A program made the position numbers and the translations under genes. Below, piece after piece: positions 53,302 to 64,000 of a DNA stretch of 64,000 nt; positions within the stretch are counted from its first letter, which is position 1, and every line of letters starts with the position of its first letter. Under the pieces are notes generated by a model, which worked only from the letters and a program-made list of their open reading frames with translations, had not been told where the DNA came from and ran no database searches. This stretch comes from Tubulanus polymorphus (Eukaryota; Animalia; Nemertea), in the NCBI RefSeq assembly GCF_964204645.1, contig NC_134031.1:15549807-15613806 (forward strand), written 5' to 3'.

Positions 53302-56300
53302 TAGATCTTAGATAGACTATTTCTAAAAACCTGTGAATATCCGAGGAACGGTTGAAATAGGTTGAATCTAGCGATTTTCTTTTTCGAAATGCAAATATAT
53401 CCGGTGTTTAGCACGCTTTGTCAGCGCACTTGCTAGCAGTGCCTGCGGGTGCACCGAAAACAGCACGATTGCAATCAATGAAAGTGCAAACGAAGCATAA
53501 ATTGATTGCGGAGAATAATTAAAACCGAAAATATCGACGTCAATCTGCTGCGCGTGGTAAATAAGAGTTACTCACACGAAAACCCAATCGTCAATCAAAA
53601 GCGTAGCGTAACAGTCTAATGAACGCATACGAAGTTTTAATACATCTCTACTTCATTTGGACGCAAAACAATGAAACGAAACTGATACATTACAATACAT
53701 TGACATGTATCGAGACAGATTGAAAACAGATTAAGTTAACTGATTAAAATCGGCTTGAGCCTCACTAATAATAGGAATGTTGACAAACTGTGGTTTTGAA
53801 ATATATACTTGTCAATAATTTACCTTGCCTAGCTTAACACTTAAATTAGTGGCGCTATATGGCGTTATCCAGACTACCGCTTCCGTTTCACAGGGAGAGT
53901 TCGAACAAACTCTCTAAACTGACCACGTGATTTACCAATCGAGTATGTATAGTATATATGGCGAGTATAGATTTACCAAAGAAATTGAGCCCTTAGTTTT
54001 TACGCGTGGTATTTAAGATTATACTTCCATTCCCTGTAGATTTGACGTTTTTGGAGGGAATTATAGATTCATACAAAACTCGACGACGGCGGAGGCTCAG
54101 GTGGATTGATTACGTCCAAATTGGCATGACATGCGCGCGCGTCTTATCAACCGCCGGTTCCACAGATGAGAAACATTCTATGCGCGGTGTTCCCAGTGAC
54201 AAATATGTAACTTCGGCCTTAACCACGAACTCTAGAAAGAAGGTGAATCTCGATTTTCAGGTCATTTATGGCATCATTTTCATTTAGAACACTAATTTCA
54301 AGCCTCAGTCGGAACAATCAACCCCCGATTACCACCCTCCCACATAATTCCACCTACCGCCAGATTTTCTCAATGTACATCTCTATACAAATACGTAGTA
54401 AAACACCCCCGATATACCGCCATACTCCCTTTACCGCCAAAAATCGTTCGGCACCGATGTGGGTGGTTTATCGGGGGTTCACTGTATAGCCATTTGTTGA
54501 ATGATATGATAGGGCAGTACCAACAATATTCATTACGATGATATTTGATTTGCTGCTTTAATGCCATGTTCAAAATGGCGTTGTCGAATGGAATAAATGG
54601 TTGTGCGTTCATAAATATCTAATACGTACAGCTTTACGGAAATTGGAAAATTCCCAACATCGCGAATCATATTTCAATTTTATATGTTCGAAAATGCTTT
54701 TTAGATTCAATTTCAATAAAACGTCTATCGGCGCTTTGTATGTCGCAGTATCTACATGTTATCGTATTTGCTGTTTATCATATCTGAAAAATAGACGACG
54801 TATTTTCTGATGAAGATAACCGCTTGTTTCGTTCGGAGGACACGCGTTCGTCGAACTGCTTTTGAACTGAAAATTGCCCGCCTACTTACCGCGCATTTAC
54901 CCGGTCAATTGCACCCACGCTGACCACACAATTTCCCGGAAATCATATCTAACAATTTCATCTTCATCTAAATGTGAATTTCGTCTATGTATGATATGTT
55001 CGAGGCCGTGAGTTGCTTAGGTGAAACACGTTGATAATGAATCGATAGGTGTTTAGATGATGCTATAGGGGCACATGCAAACAACAATCTAACGTTCGTC
55101 TAGTTAATATAAACAATTTGCGAAATCGCGAATCGACACCCAATTCATGAAACATTTCCTAAATATCTTGATAATCGTTGACGGCACATTCTGCACAATT
55201 TAAGTTCACCTTAACCTCCATTGCGACCCATGCGCACACTGATATCATGCCAGCGAAAAGTTTGATACCGTTTATTCGACGTATCCTAAATTCTCCAATC
55301 ATAAAAAAATCATATACTAATACATATTTACCTATTATTCATTCTTGTAAAATCTAACTTTTATAGATTAAAATTTAGCAGATTTCATGGTTCTAAATCA
55401 ATTGAATTGATATCTGTTAATACCTGCTCCAGGAAGGCGGCATACGAACCACCGAAGTAATTTCTAAGGTATACGGCGTACTCTGAATTACAATTCAAAG
55501 AAAAATTATTTCCTATTACCTTTTTTGGTAATGTAATAATCATAAACGTAATAATGTCTGTCTGGTATTATATTGTTTGATATCGGTGTTCCACATGTAT
55601 ATCATATTCCTTTGTACTTGGATATGTCCACCATACGATTTTGTATGACTTTGGTGATGAATAGATAATAATAGTGATAATGATTTTTTTTAAATGACAA
55701 TGATACGCTGGAACCATCTCGTATCAGGCGGTCTATGCATGGTTTATTGTTGATTGTATTTAAGTCCGCCAATACTTCCTCCTTTCAGCCCCTGACTTAC
55801 CCTCAACACACATGTAACGGTCCTTCTATAAATAACGGTAGGTTTCATATCGAAATGACATTAATTCCGCGTATATTTCCGGCCTTTTCTACTTTTTTGA
55901 ATATACTTTTTGCATTAGATGAAGCGTTGACCGCGTGCAAGGGGGAAAACCGTATTACGTTTAGATTTTTATGTCACCTTATCTATAGACCAGAATTTAA
56001 AAAAAACCCGAATCCTTTTTCATGAAACCGGTCGTAACAACATAACGATAAATCAGGGAAGTCATATGTAGTCAAGTCATATATATGCATATTGTGAGCT
56101 GTGTTTATTCCTGCTGTAATATGAAGCAGAATTACTTACGTTTGTTCACAATAGAAAATCGCCTTGTCACAAACGCGATAAAATAAATTCGTTGTTTACT
56201 TGTGATAATAGAGCACCGATTGACATTTGTTTTTAAATGACATTAAAAAATTCTAACGTTACCGATAGTTTTTATCCTCACTCGCTATACGATAAAAGGG

Positions 56301-56321
56301 AATATCATTCCAAACGCTTAC

Positions 56322-56620
56322 CTGCTTCGATTAATACGAATATCCTCCTCGCGAGTCCAACATTTCACTCGAAATGATTCGCGATCGTTTCTTCGTTTCG
56401 TCTCGACAGTGTTGTTACATCATCGTGGTCGTATTTAAACTATCGTTGCCGTCGTCGTCGTTTGAGAGCCGTTCTGATATTGCGGTACAGCTCGCTACAG
56501 ATACAAGGCGAGTCTGGTTCAATGCTGCCATTTCCTGACTGTACGATGCAAGCCTTGTAAACGAAGTCGTGAATTGCCTGACTGTCGCGCTGCCGTGCGA
56601 GTGAGCGAGCGAGCGGGAGT
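56322..56620 (-). promoter_or_regulatory. Candidate distal promoter and non-coding first exon of the large gene
   Basis: CpG-rich stretch with (GCTC)n and CAGTC Inr-like motifs, ending in a strong donor GCAG|GTAAGC at 56322. The 5' boundary is approximate. Confidence 0.45.
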
Positions 56621-56701
56621 GACCTCCACATCTTGAACCGTTCGGTATAGCGCGCATTGGAAACGTTTGTTCGGGGTTTATTTCTATAGAACAGGAACGA
56701 C

Positions 56702-56947
56702 GATATGATATATGATATGATATATGATATATGATATATGATATATGATATATGATATATGATATATGATATATGATATATGATATATGATATATGATAT
56801 ATGATATATGATATATGATATATGATATGATATAAGCTATATGCTATATGCTATATGATATATGATATATGATATGATATATGATATGATATATGATATG
56901 ATATATGATATGGTATATGATATGATAAATGATATGATATATGATAT
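56702..56947 (+). repeat. Compound (GATAT/GATATAT)n satellite
   Basis: Directly visible, mostly with a 12-bp period. Confidence 0.97.
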
Positions 56948-58124
56948 TTCGCGACACTGCACCGATGACGGCGTTTTTCGCGAAGGAACCACGAAAACCT
57001 GAAAACCGGACGAGGTGGTGTTTTCTTCAGTTGGTTCGTTCACACGTTTCTAAGCAACCGGTGCGATCAGATGGTTGAGTTCGTCGCATTAAAAACGAAC
57101 GTAAGCGCTCGAATATTTGCCGATGAGGAGTAACCGTACGCGCAGACGTATTTGCGGGCAATTTTCCCCCCAGTTAACGCTTGCTGTCATTAATGAAATC
57201 GCGCGATACGACGAAGACAATGGGGAACGCTTATCGGAAAATCACGCCGAGGATTTAGAAAATTCAAGTTTGCTTCATTAGAGAGCTGGGAAACCCGCAT
57301 CCGATGGAACTGACGGAATAATCGAAGTTCCTCTCAAGATCCAATTGACAAAAAGTCCAAAATATTGAAGAAAAAATTGAAAATGGCCCGAGTGGAAATG
57401 TCATTGCTCTACCAGTTTTCTACCACAATATTACGGATTTGTTCCTTCAATTGAATCATGGGCAGTCACTTTCATACGGAAACTATCATCCCCTTGTTCG
57501 CATTGCTTGATAACAATTTTTTTTACATTAAGCGGCCATGTTGGATCACGCATTTCTTTACCAAATCACGCGAGACTTGTGATGAAAATTTCATTTGCTA
57601 AGCGAAACCATTATGCTCAAGTCTCGCGAGACTCGGTGAGACTCCGATATGGAATAGGTGTATTAGGAACTTGCTATTCATTCTTTCATTGAATCGTTTT
57701 TTTTTCTTGATGATTGAGAGTTGTTGACTTCTTACACTCTGTGTAATATATGAATTCCAAGAATTGGAATTTCATCATCAGTTACGCGGGTTATATCGGC
57801 AAGAGAGACTTCACATTTGGAATGTGTCGTGTTGCGTATGTGATGAAACTGCAGAAGGTTGCAAATGAGTCCTTTCAGGTCTAAATCTGACAGCAAATAG
57901 CTGCGACGGGTTTCCTCGAATCACCGTTACTAAGGTAACAATTCCGCAATTTTCGCTACGCATCGCCAATAATAGAATGAAAATTGTGCATCGATGGGGC
58001 GCACCTGTTTACATTACCTACCAGATCACCAAAACCAAAGATAAAAACTATCTACAATACTTGTTGAATGAAATTTAACGATTCATATTTCAATATGTTT
58101 ACTATATATAGATAATTCGAAGTT

Positions 58125-58286
58125 TCACAGCGTTTGTGTTTTGCGTATCCACGGCAGGTAGTAGGCTGTACTCGTATAGACTGTCGGTACTCCCAGTACT
58201 CCGCAGGTTTTGGGACCGAATGATACGATACCGTCCAAAACGTAGCGACCTCCCCTGAAACAAGCCAATGGTCCACCACTATCCCC
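58125..58286 (-). CDS. Serine protease exon 6 (catalytic Ser, stop)
   Basis: ttttgcag| acceptor, GDSGGPLACFRGGRYVLDGIVSFGPKTCGVLGVPTVYTSTAYYLPWIRKTQTL*. Confidence 0.95.
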   Translation of the reverse strand, partial: GDSGGPLACFRGGRYVLDGIVSFGPKTCGVLGVPTVYTSTAYYLPWIRKTQTL

Positions 58287-61200
58287 CTGCAAAATACCGT
58301 ATCAAATATAACATAAATACGTATAGTATTTTTGGTCGTCTTAAAAGACTTCATTTCGCAGTTAAACATTGCGAGGAAAACGTACGTGACATGTGTTTTT
58401 GATAGTTAGTCCTCCGGCGCAGACGTGCTGCTTGGTGAGTTTAGTTTTTCTATAAATACGACTGCATGCCTTGTTATTTCTGATTCGGATTTCGACGTGA
58501 TTCAACGTATTCGGGAACTCTGTATAGGTTTAATGATAAATCGAGAATCTGATAATATTCGTATGAGCTTTGATATTTTGAGGCGAATAAATATCAATTA
58601 TCATCATACAACACAAAACAAAAACATCAAAATGTACATCCTCCCGCAGGGATGGTATCGAGACTCGTCACGGTACGAAACCCTGCCACACTAGCCCGAA
58701 TGTGCAGCCACATGCGCAGCTAAGATGCTGCCATTATCAGCCAATCAAAAATCTGCTTTTATTTATCCCGGGTTTTTCCATTCAAAGTTTATCCGTGAAA
58801 ATTTCCTCGGAAATTATACAACGAACAATCTGATTGGTGCCGCAAGTTTTCGTGCGGGAAAGCTGCGCACTCGGTCTACTGTGCCGCGGCTGAGTATGGG
58901 GATGCCATCAGGCTCGAATCCCTGCCGCTGGAGGATGAATACTATATACTGTAAAACTAAAATTTCAAGATAACTCAAGTAAACATAATCACACTAGGTA
59001 CTTAGAAGCATTTCAACACACAGATAGGCCCTATTTGACATTATGTGACGCCTATGCAGAAACACTTTTACACAAGGTACAATTGCCGCTTTGAGGACAG
59101 TAGAGGCCTCCCTAAAGAAAACCAATTGGCCTACGTTGCGTTTTCCTAATATTTAGAATAATCAATTGTTACATTGACTTTTCTATACTTTTGTACTGCT
59201 CCGTGTACAGTACTGTAACGGAATATCTTTGTAACAATCTATTATGTATATAAATCATAACCGTATAACCATGAATATAACTTATAATTGAGCTGATCAC
59301 ACTCTTACTCGAGCCATTCGAGTCGATTGCACCCCAGCCGGATACGATACAGCTAGCACCTAAAGTCGGTCGATCGTCCTCGGATGATGGTAGGTTGATC
59401 ACAGAAGTGCGGGCGTCCAGCTTTACCGGTAACTTCATTCTAACTATCGCTATATCATCTCCTAGAATTTAAATAAACAAACGTTATCGGTTGATTAGCG
59501 AGAGATCCAGCGAGAAGTTCGGATTTTAAAAGGGGTTATATTCTTTTAATCAGTGCTGCTTTTCGAAATAGGCTGTAAAAGCTTATCTTTTTCAAAGAGA
59601 AATTTTTAATTGAGGCTCAATGAGATGGCAACGTTTTGAAGTATATTTCGATATTTGAATAGGCGTTAATTAAAGTTAATAATTGATGCTTCAAAAAAAG
59701 TTGATGATAATCGCGTATGGAATACCACAATTCAAATTATCTATGCTTTAAGTGAAAATCCTGAAACTGTTTGCGGAAACGTACGCGCTTTCGAGCTATA
59801 ACCATTTACAACTATTTCGATAGGTTTAACGACGTTGTTCCAGTTAAGATTCGCCACGTCTACCTGGCCATGAGCGACAAGATAGTTCCCCGGTGCTGTA
59901 GTCCTGTGACACGAATAAAAAAAAACAAACAGACAGTTCCGAGAGAGAACATCTAAAAGTATGTCGTACATTCTTGATGGATGGCAGTGATAAAACTTTA
60001 GATTCCCCATACGTCTACCTGGCCATGGATGACAAGATAGTTCTCCGGTCCTGTGACATACGTAAAAACAACTAGTTCCCCGACAGCATTAAAAAAACAA
60101 CGTCATACATTTTTGATGAATGTCTGTGATGAGAAATTCCCTACGGACGATCATTATTACTTTGCCTCATCAATCTTTTATATTTTTTCATATAGTTTTT
60201 TGTTTTCGTGAACGCTGAGGCTAATAATGTCGTCGTTTGTGTACAGAATATATGCATATCTATTGGGTATAGAAATGAACCCAAAGCTCGTGTTTTCGTG
60301 TAGACTGCAAAAATGATTGTCAATAAAATAAAATTCTGAATTGAATTGAATTGTCGGACTTTTTGATAAGTTTTACCGTCTGAAGCAGTGCGCCGCCGTT
60401 AGTACGTGTCTCGTATCAATGAGGGCGCCACCACAAATTGGCCACATCCGCTTTTGATCCGGGGTATAGTATATGGCTACCGTCCACGCCTGATCGCCAA
60501 GATTCGATTCCATCCCATTTACAATTCGCCATTCGGAGTTGATAGTGCGAAAACTTGCCGCTGAAAAAATTAACACTTCGCTACCGAAAAAAAATCACTT
60601 TTCGCTGTATGTATCATAGCAGATTTACTTAGTCTAGTAGAGTTTTATGTCCCAACTGCAAGTAAGAGTGTAACCCTGGTGGGTCTTAAGAGACGGCCAG
60701 GGCCTTTTTATACTGCAAGTAAGAGTGTAACCCTGGTGGGTCTTAAGAGACGGCCAGGGCCTTTTTATAGGCTGTTATTACTCACAACCTGATTAACTTA
60801 GCAGAGCTGAGTCCATGTCATGTATCTTTACAACCAACCGAGGTGGTTTCAAAGCAGGGACCTCTTGGTTTCCAGTGCCTTTTTAGCCAGGGCCGGTACC
60901 TTTTTATAGGTTATGACTCACAACCTGACTAACTTAACAGAGCAAGTCCATGGAGGTGGTTACGAACCAGGACCTCTTGGTTCCCAGTCCTCCACTTTAA
61001 TAACCGAGCTAACCGCGCATTACTGGCCATGGCGTTTCATAGATAAAACATCATGCATTCAAGAAATGGTTTGAAGAACATGTATTAGAATTCAATTACC
61101 TCTTTTTTGATTAGCAAATCTCAATACGCTTGCTTTGTTTACATTGTTATTAATTGATTTGGAGAAGTACGGAAACAGACCAAAATATTCGAAATGCAAC

Positions 61201-62139
61201 CATATTGACTCTAGGGCGTAATTTGCGTATGTATCTAGAGCGGTTTATAATCCTGCGTCGCCAAAGCAAGAATTCAGAGTCGTGATTGTAATATTTCATG
61301 CTGAAATTGAAGGGAGCTCGTGTCGCGTGATGTTATTGTTATGGACGGTTGAATTCATAGAAATTCAATCAACTAACACTGCGTCTATACGTAATCAAAA
61401 CCATTCACGGGCTACCGTATCAAATATTGCGCAAAGTCGCCAAATTCACCCGTGTTCAATTCCTATTACCAGTTTCATTTTGAGTATATGAATTAATAAT
61501 GCCCGGGGTCGCTATCCGATCGAGACTTCACTCGCGTTTAGGTATTTTAATAATAATATGGTTCATGTATTACTATTGTAAAGCGCTATGATTATCTTAT
61601 ATGATAGCGCTATATAAAGAAATAAACTATTATTATTGTTATTGTTATTATTTCTATTTCATTATCATTTTTAGGTCAAATAGTCCATCTGAGATAAGAT
61701 CTGCGCCGAAAGACCGTATATCGAATAAACTAGTTTACCTATAAAGTATTATCTGTCTTAACGTTTAACTACTTGAAATAGTGAGAAGATTCGTGGAAGA
61801 ACCGTGTAAACCCGGCGTAGAATGAATAGAACGAGACGATTAGTACTCTATACGCTAACTAGTTTATCAAAAGCACTAGCTTACGCTACTTAGTGTATAT
61901 TAGCTTCATCGGGTGAATGAGTATAGTCAATTGAAAAACAACCGCATCTTTGACTATACTCATTCACCTGATGAAGCTACTATACACTAGAAGCGAAAGA
62001 TCGTGCGACTTATAAACTAGTTAACCTATTAAGAACTATTCGTCTGGTTTTACTTGTTTAAGGGTCCATACGTACCGAGTTGCGATATACCCACCAGAGC
62101 TAAAATGAACGCGAGTCCGTCGCCGCCATTGCGGTGCAT
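58125..62139 (-). CDS. Secreted S1A (chymotrypsin-clan) serine protease, 6 coding exons, 271 aa
   Basis: Exons 62139-62076, 60560-60377, 59903-59785, 59461-59309, 58519-58386 and 58286-58125 join at GT-AG sites with consistent phases (1,2,1,1,0) into 816 nt. The product has a hydrophobic leader (MHRNGGDGLAFILALVGISQLA), activation site R|IVNG, ICGGALI, LTAAHC (His), DDIAI (Asp), SGWG, VCAGG, TCHGDSGGPL (Ser), GIVSFG and PTVYT...WI. Confidence 0.93.
58386..58519 (-). CDS. Serine protease exon 5
   Basis: atacag| acceptor, FPNTLNHVEIRIRNNKACSRIYRKTKLTKQHVCAGGLTIKNTCH, donor C|GTACGT. Not present in the ORF track. Confidence 0.92.
58637..58937. mobile_element. Nested MITE-like inverted repeats in protease intron 4
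   Basis: Inner pair TAGCCCGAATGTGCAGC and GCTGCGCACTCGGTCTA (58692-58878); outer pair CATCCTCCCGCAGGGAT and ATCCCTGCCGCTGGAGGATG. Confidence 0.6.
59309..59461 (-). CDS. Serine protease exon 4 (catalytic Asp)
   Basis: ttctag| acceptor, DDIAIVRMKLPV...INLP...CIVSGWGAIDSNGS, donor A|GTAAGA. Confidence 0.93.
59785..59903 (-). CDS. Serine protease exon 3
   Basis: tcacag| acceptor, TTAPGNYLVAHGQVDVANLNWNNVVKPIEIVVNGYSSKA, donor C|GTACGT; phases 2 and 1 fit both neighbours. Confidence 0.85.
60377..60560 (-). CDS. Serine protease exon 2 (propeptide, IVNG, catalytic His)
   Basis: ttttttcag| acceptor, ASFRTINSEWRIVNG...ICGGALIDTRHVLTAAHCFR, donor CG|GTAAAA. Confidence 0.95.
60655..61020 (-). mobile_element. 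Rearranged tRNA-derived SINE dimer with a perfect 57-bp tandem duplication
   Basis: Head GCGGTTAGCTCGG...GGTTCGTAACC; 60655-60711 is identical to 60712-60768; about 60755-60880 resembles about 60887-60990. Confidence 0.65.
61577..61652 (+). mobile_element. L2-type 3' tail
   Basis: TGTAAAGCGCTATGA...AGCGCTATATAAA...(TAT)n. Confidence 0.7.
61856..62023. mobile_element. Inverted pair of family B hammerhead/PLE-end motifs in protease intron 1
   Basis: Arms of about 75 bp (61856-61930 and 61950-62023). Plus copy reads CAC-CTGATGA-A-GCTaCTAtacacTAGaAGC-GAAA-GATC-GTG (61965-62005). Confidence 0.7.
62076..62139 (-). CDS. Serine protease exon 1 (signal peptide)
   Basis: acaaaATG start, MHRNGGDGLAFILALVGISQL, donor G|GTACGT in phase 1 matching exon 2. 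Confidence 0.78.
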
Positions 62140-62634
62140 TTTGTCGTGATACAAGCGGCACTTCGTTTGTTCGTCGTCGAAGTCATAAACTCATCCGCAA
62201 GCCGATATATCATAACATTATGTGAAATTATAACCACGTTCGGGTGACAGCCGCTATGGCAAATATGTGATAACGAACTAACTAGAACACGGTAGCGTGT
62301 AATGAAATACAACACAGATAAATCGCTGTTTGATAGGGCCATAAAATGTGCGTAATTTTATGTTTTTAATTTGGAAAATATGCCTCAAGATGATTGCCAA
62401 CCTTGTAAACAATTCGCGCGATTATCGTTGTCAGAGAAATTGCGCAATTTTTCTTCAAACGGCGCGCGTGGGAATGGCAAATAACGTCGTGTGGTTGAGA
62501 AACAAAGCGTCATTATTTCCCTCAATGATTCCCTCAACGACAAGATAATCACCAAATGAATGAAGATGCTAGATTACACGTGTATGTAGGAAATTTATTA
62601 TATCCATTATTTAGGCATCATTATTCCAGTCATT

Positions 62635-62984
62635 TTACTTTAAGGGGAAAGGTATTTTAGTCTTCTGCGCGTAAAGAGTGTCGCGAACTACGTCATCTTC
62701 ATCGGCATCCGGGCCGTTATTCTTGTCCTCATTGAACATTCTATATTGTATACTATTCGGATCTATTTCCCAGTTCGAGTTGTCGGCGCTGGTCCGTAGT
62801 TTCTCTCCGTACAGATTCGTATTGTCTAGATTACGATTGCGCCAAATTCGGGCTTCATTCTCGGCTTTATGGCGTTCGATTGAGTTAACTTCGACGTTCC
62901 AATTTTGCGAGAATGTCCCGACCAGTTTCTCCCATTTCTTCTGGACTTCTTTCAGCCACTTGATATGTTCTTCGCTTCGATGAC
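62635..62984 (-). CDS. Terminal exon of the same uncharacterised protein
   Basis: ttttctag| acceptor in phase 1, 116 codons including the stop (HRSEEHIKWLKEVQKKWEKL...DADEDDVVRDTLYAQKTKIPFPLK*), AATAAA at 62599-62594. Confidence 0.78.
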
Positions 62985-63171
62985 CTAGAAAATAGAAAAC
63001 AAAAAAGATTCTTGATTATTACTAGAATATATCTCACGTGTACACTAGGAATACGGTTTTTATCAGCGCATATTTCACAGCGCCATTGCCTCATAGTTAG
63101 ACATTAGTTGATTCAGCAATTTGACATAATTGTGACGGAAGCGAATTGATATTTTCAAGATACACGATTAC

Positions 63172-63609
63172 CCGATTTTCGTTCGCTAGGTTTAACATGA
63201 CGTTGTCGATTTTCCGCAGTTCCTTCTTTACCTTTCTTTCCTTTCGCTGTTCTTCTTTTTTTGCTCGCTTCGGAAAGATCTTTTCTTCCCTTCGACGAAC
63301 TCTCTTTTCCAGTTACCACGCTTGTAGATTTGGCTTTTCGATTCGGCTTCTCTTTTCTATATTTTTCCGCGGTAATTTTTCCCGATTTTCCCGTTACTTT
63401 CGTAGGTTTACGTTTTTGCTCTTCGGTAGGATCGAACGGTTCCCACGGACCCCAGTCGTCGGGCTTCGGCAGCTTCGATTTCTCGATCATTTTCCGCCAT
63501 TGTTTGTAACTTCTCGGTAAGGTTTTATCATACTTTGCCCACTGTCGATAGAGCACCAGTTTGAACTTGGCCCCGTACTTCTTTTTCAGTGCAGCCGGCA
63601 ACGAGACCC
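63172..63609 (-). CDS. Penultimate exon of an uncharacterised Lys/Arg-rich protein
   Basis: 438-nt open frame (VSLPAALKKKYGAKFKLVLYRQWAKY...KPSERKS) between acceptor tttctaag| and donor G|GTAATC, phase 1 at both ends. Confidence 0.75.
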
Positions 63610-64000
63610 CTTAGAAATATCAACGGAGACAATTAAGTGATATAAACGCAAATCATATTCGCCAGTCGCTTTGAAATATTTGAGAAAAAAATCAAAGTGT
63701 TTCTTATATGTTTCTTGTTAATGATATCTAACTATTTCAATGAGCATGGGCGGCACCAGAGGGGGTCGGCGGTGCGAACGACCCCCTCTTTAAAAATTCC
63801 CAAACGATCGTCGCATAGAGAATAGACCTCGATAAAGCGGTGGCAGCACTTTATGAAAGATGCAAATCTCATATCTGAGAACTAACACACTGTTTGTTTG
63901 CTTATTATCTTTTAAACTGTATGTTGTCGTGAAGTCTGATTCTATTGATATCGTCTGTTTTGTAAAAACAAACATGGACTCCATCCATGATATTACTTGC

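Noticed and set aside
59060-59112. EASTVLKAAIVP, resembling a protease exon
   Set aside because: Its best acceptor is out of phase with exon 4, and 58519-58386 supplies this region in the correct phases with the expected Cys residues.
63790-63984. ORF as an upstream exon of the K/R-rich gene
   Set aside because: Ends in a stop with no phase-compatible donor identified, and it lies next to a repeat-like GC-rich end at about 63746-63790.

Overview
Eukaryotic genomic DNA, most likely an invertebrate animal (AT-rich, CpG not visibly depleted, GT-AG introns, SINE/LINE/MITE repeats). Almost all ORFs in the supplied track are non-coding noise. I assembled three minus-strand genes by hand. (1) A complete 6-exon secreted S1A serine protease (62139..58125, 271 aa) with an intact His/Asp/Ser triad and a non-trypsin S1 pocket. 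(2) The last two exons of an unidentified, highly charged protein (63609..62635). (3) The 5' part of a very long gene with several candidate first exons, coding exons at 42504..42257 and 31019..30867, and a further ATG-initiated frame running off the window at 120..1; its S/P/R-rich N-terminus tentatively resembles long AMPK-gamma (PRKAG2/SNF4Agamma) isoforms. The introns hold many non-autonomous elements. The most notable are a 1.6-kb foldback-type element made of nested tandem arrays (12747-14350), two families of Penelope-type minimal hammerhead-ribozyme motifs in inverted pairs (one copy split by a SINE), and stacked PIF/Harbinger-type MITEs. I saw no CRISPR array, rRNA, true tRNA or prokaryotic system. 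All coordinates were counted by eye and may be off by a few bases.
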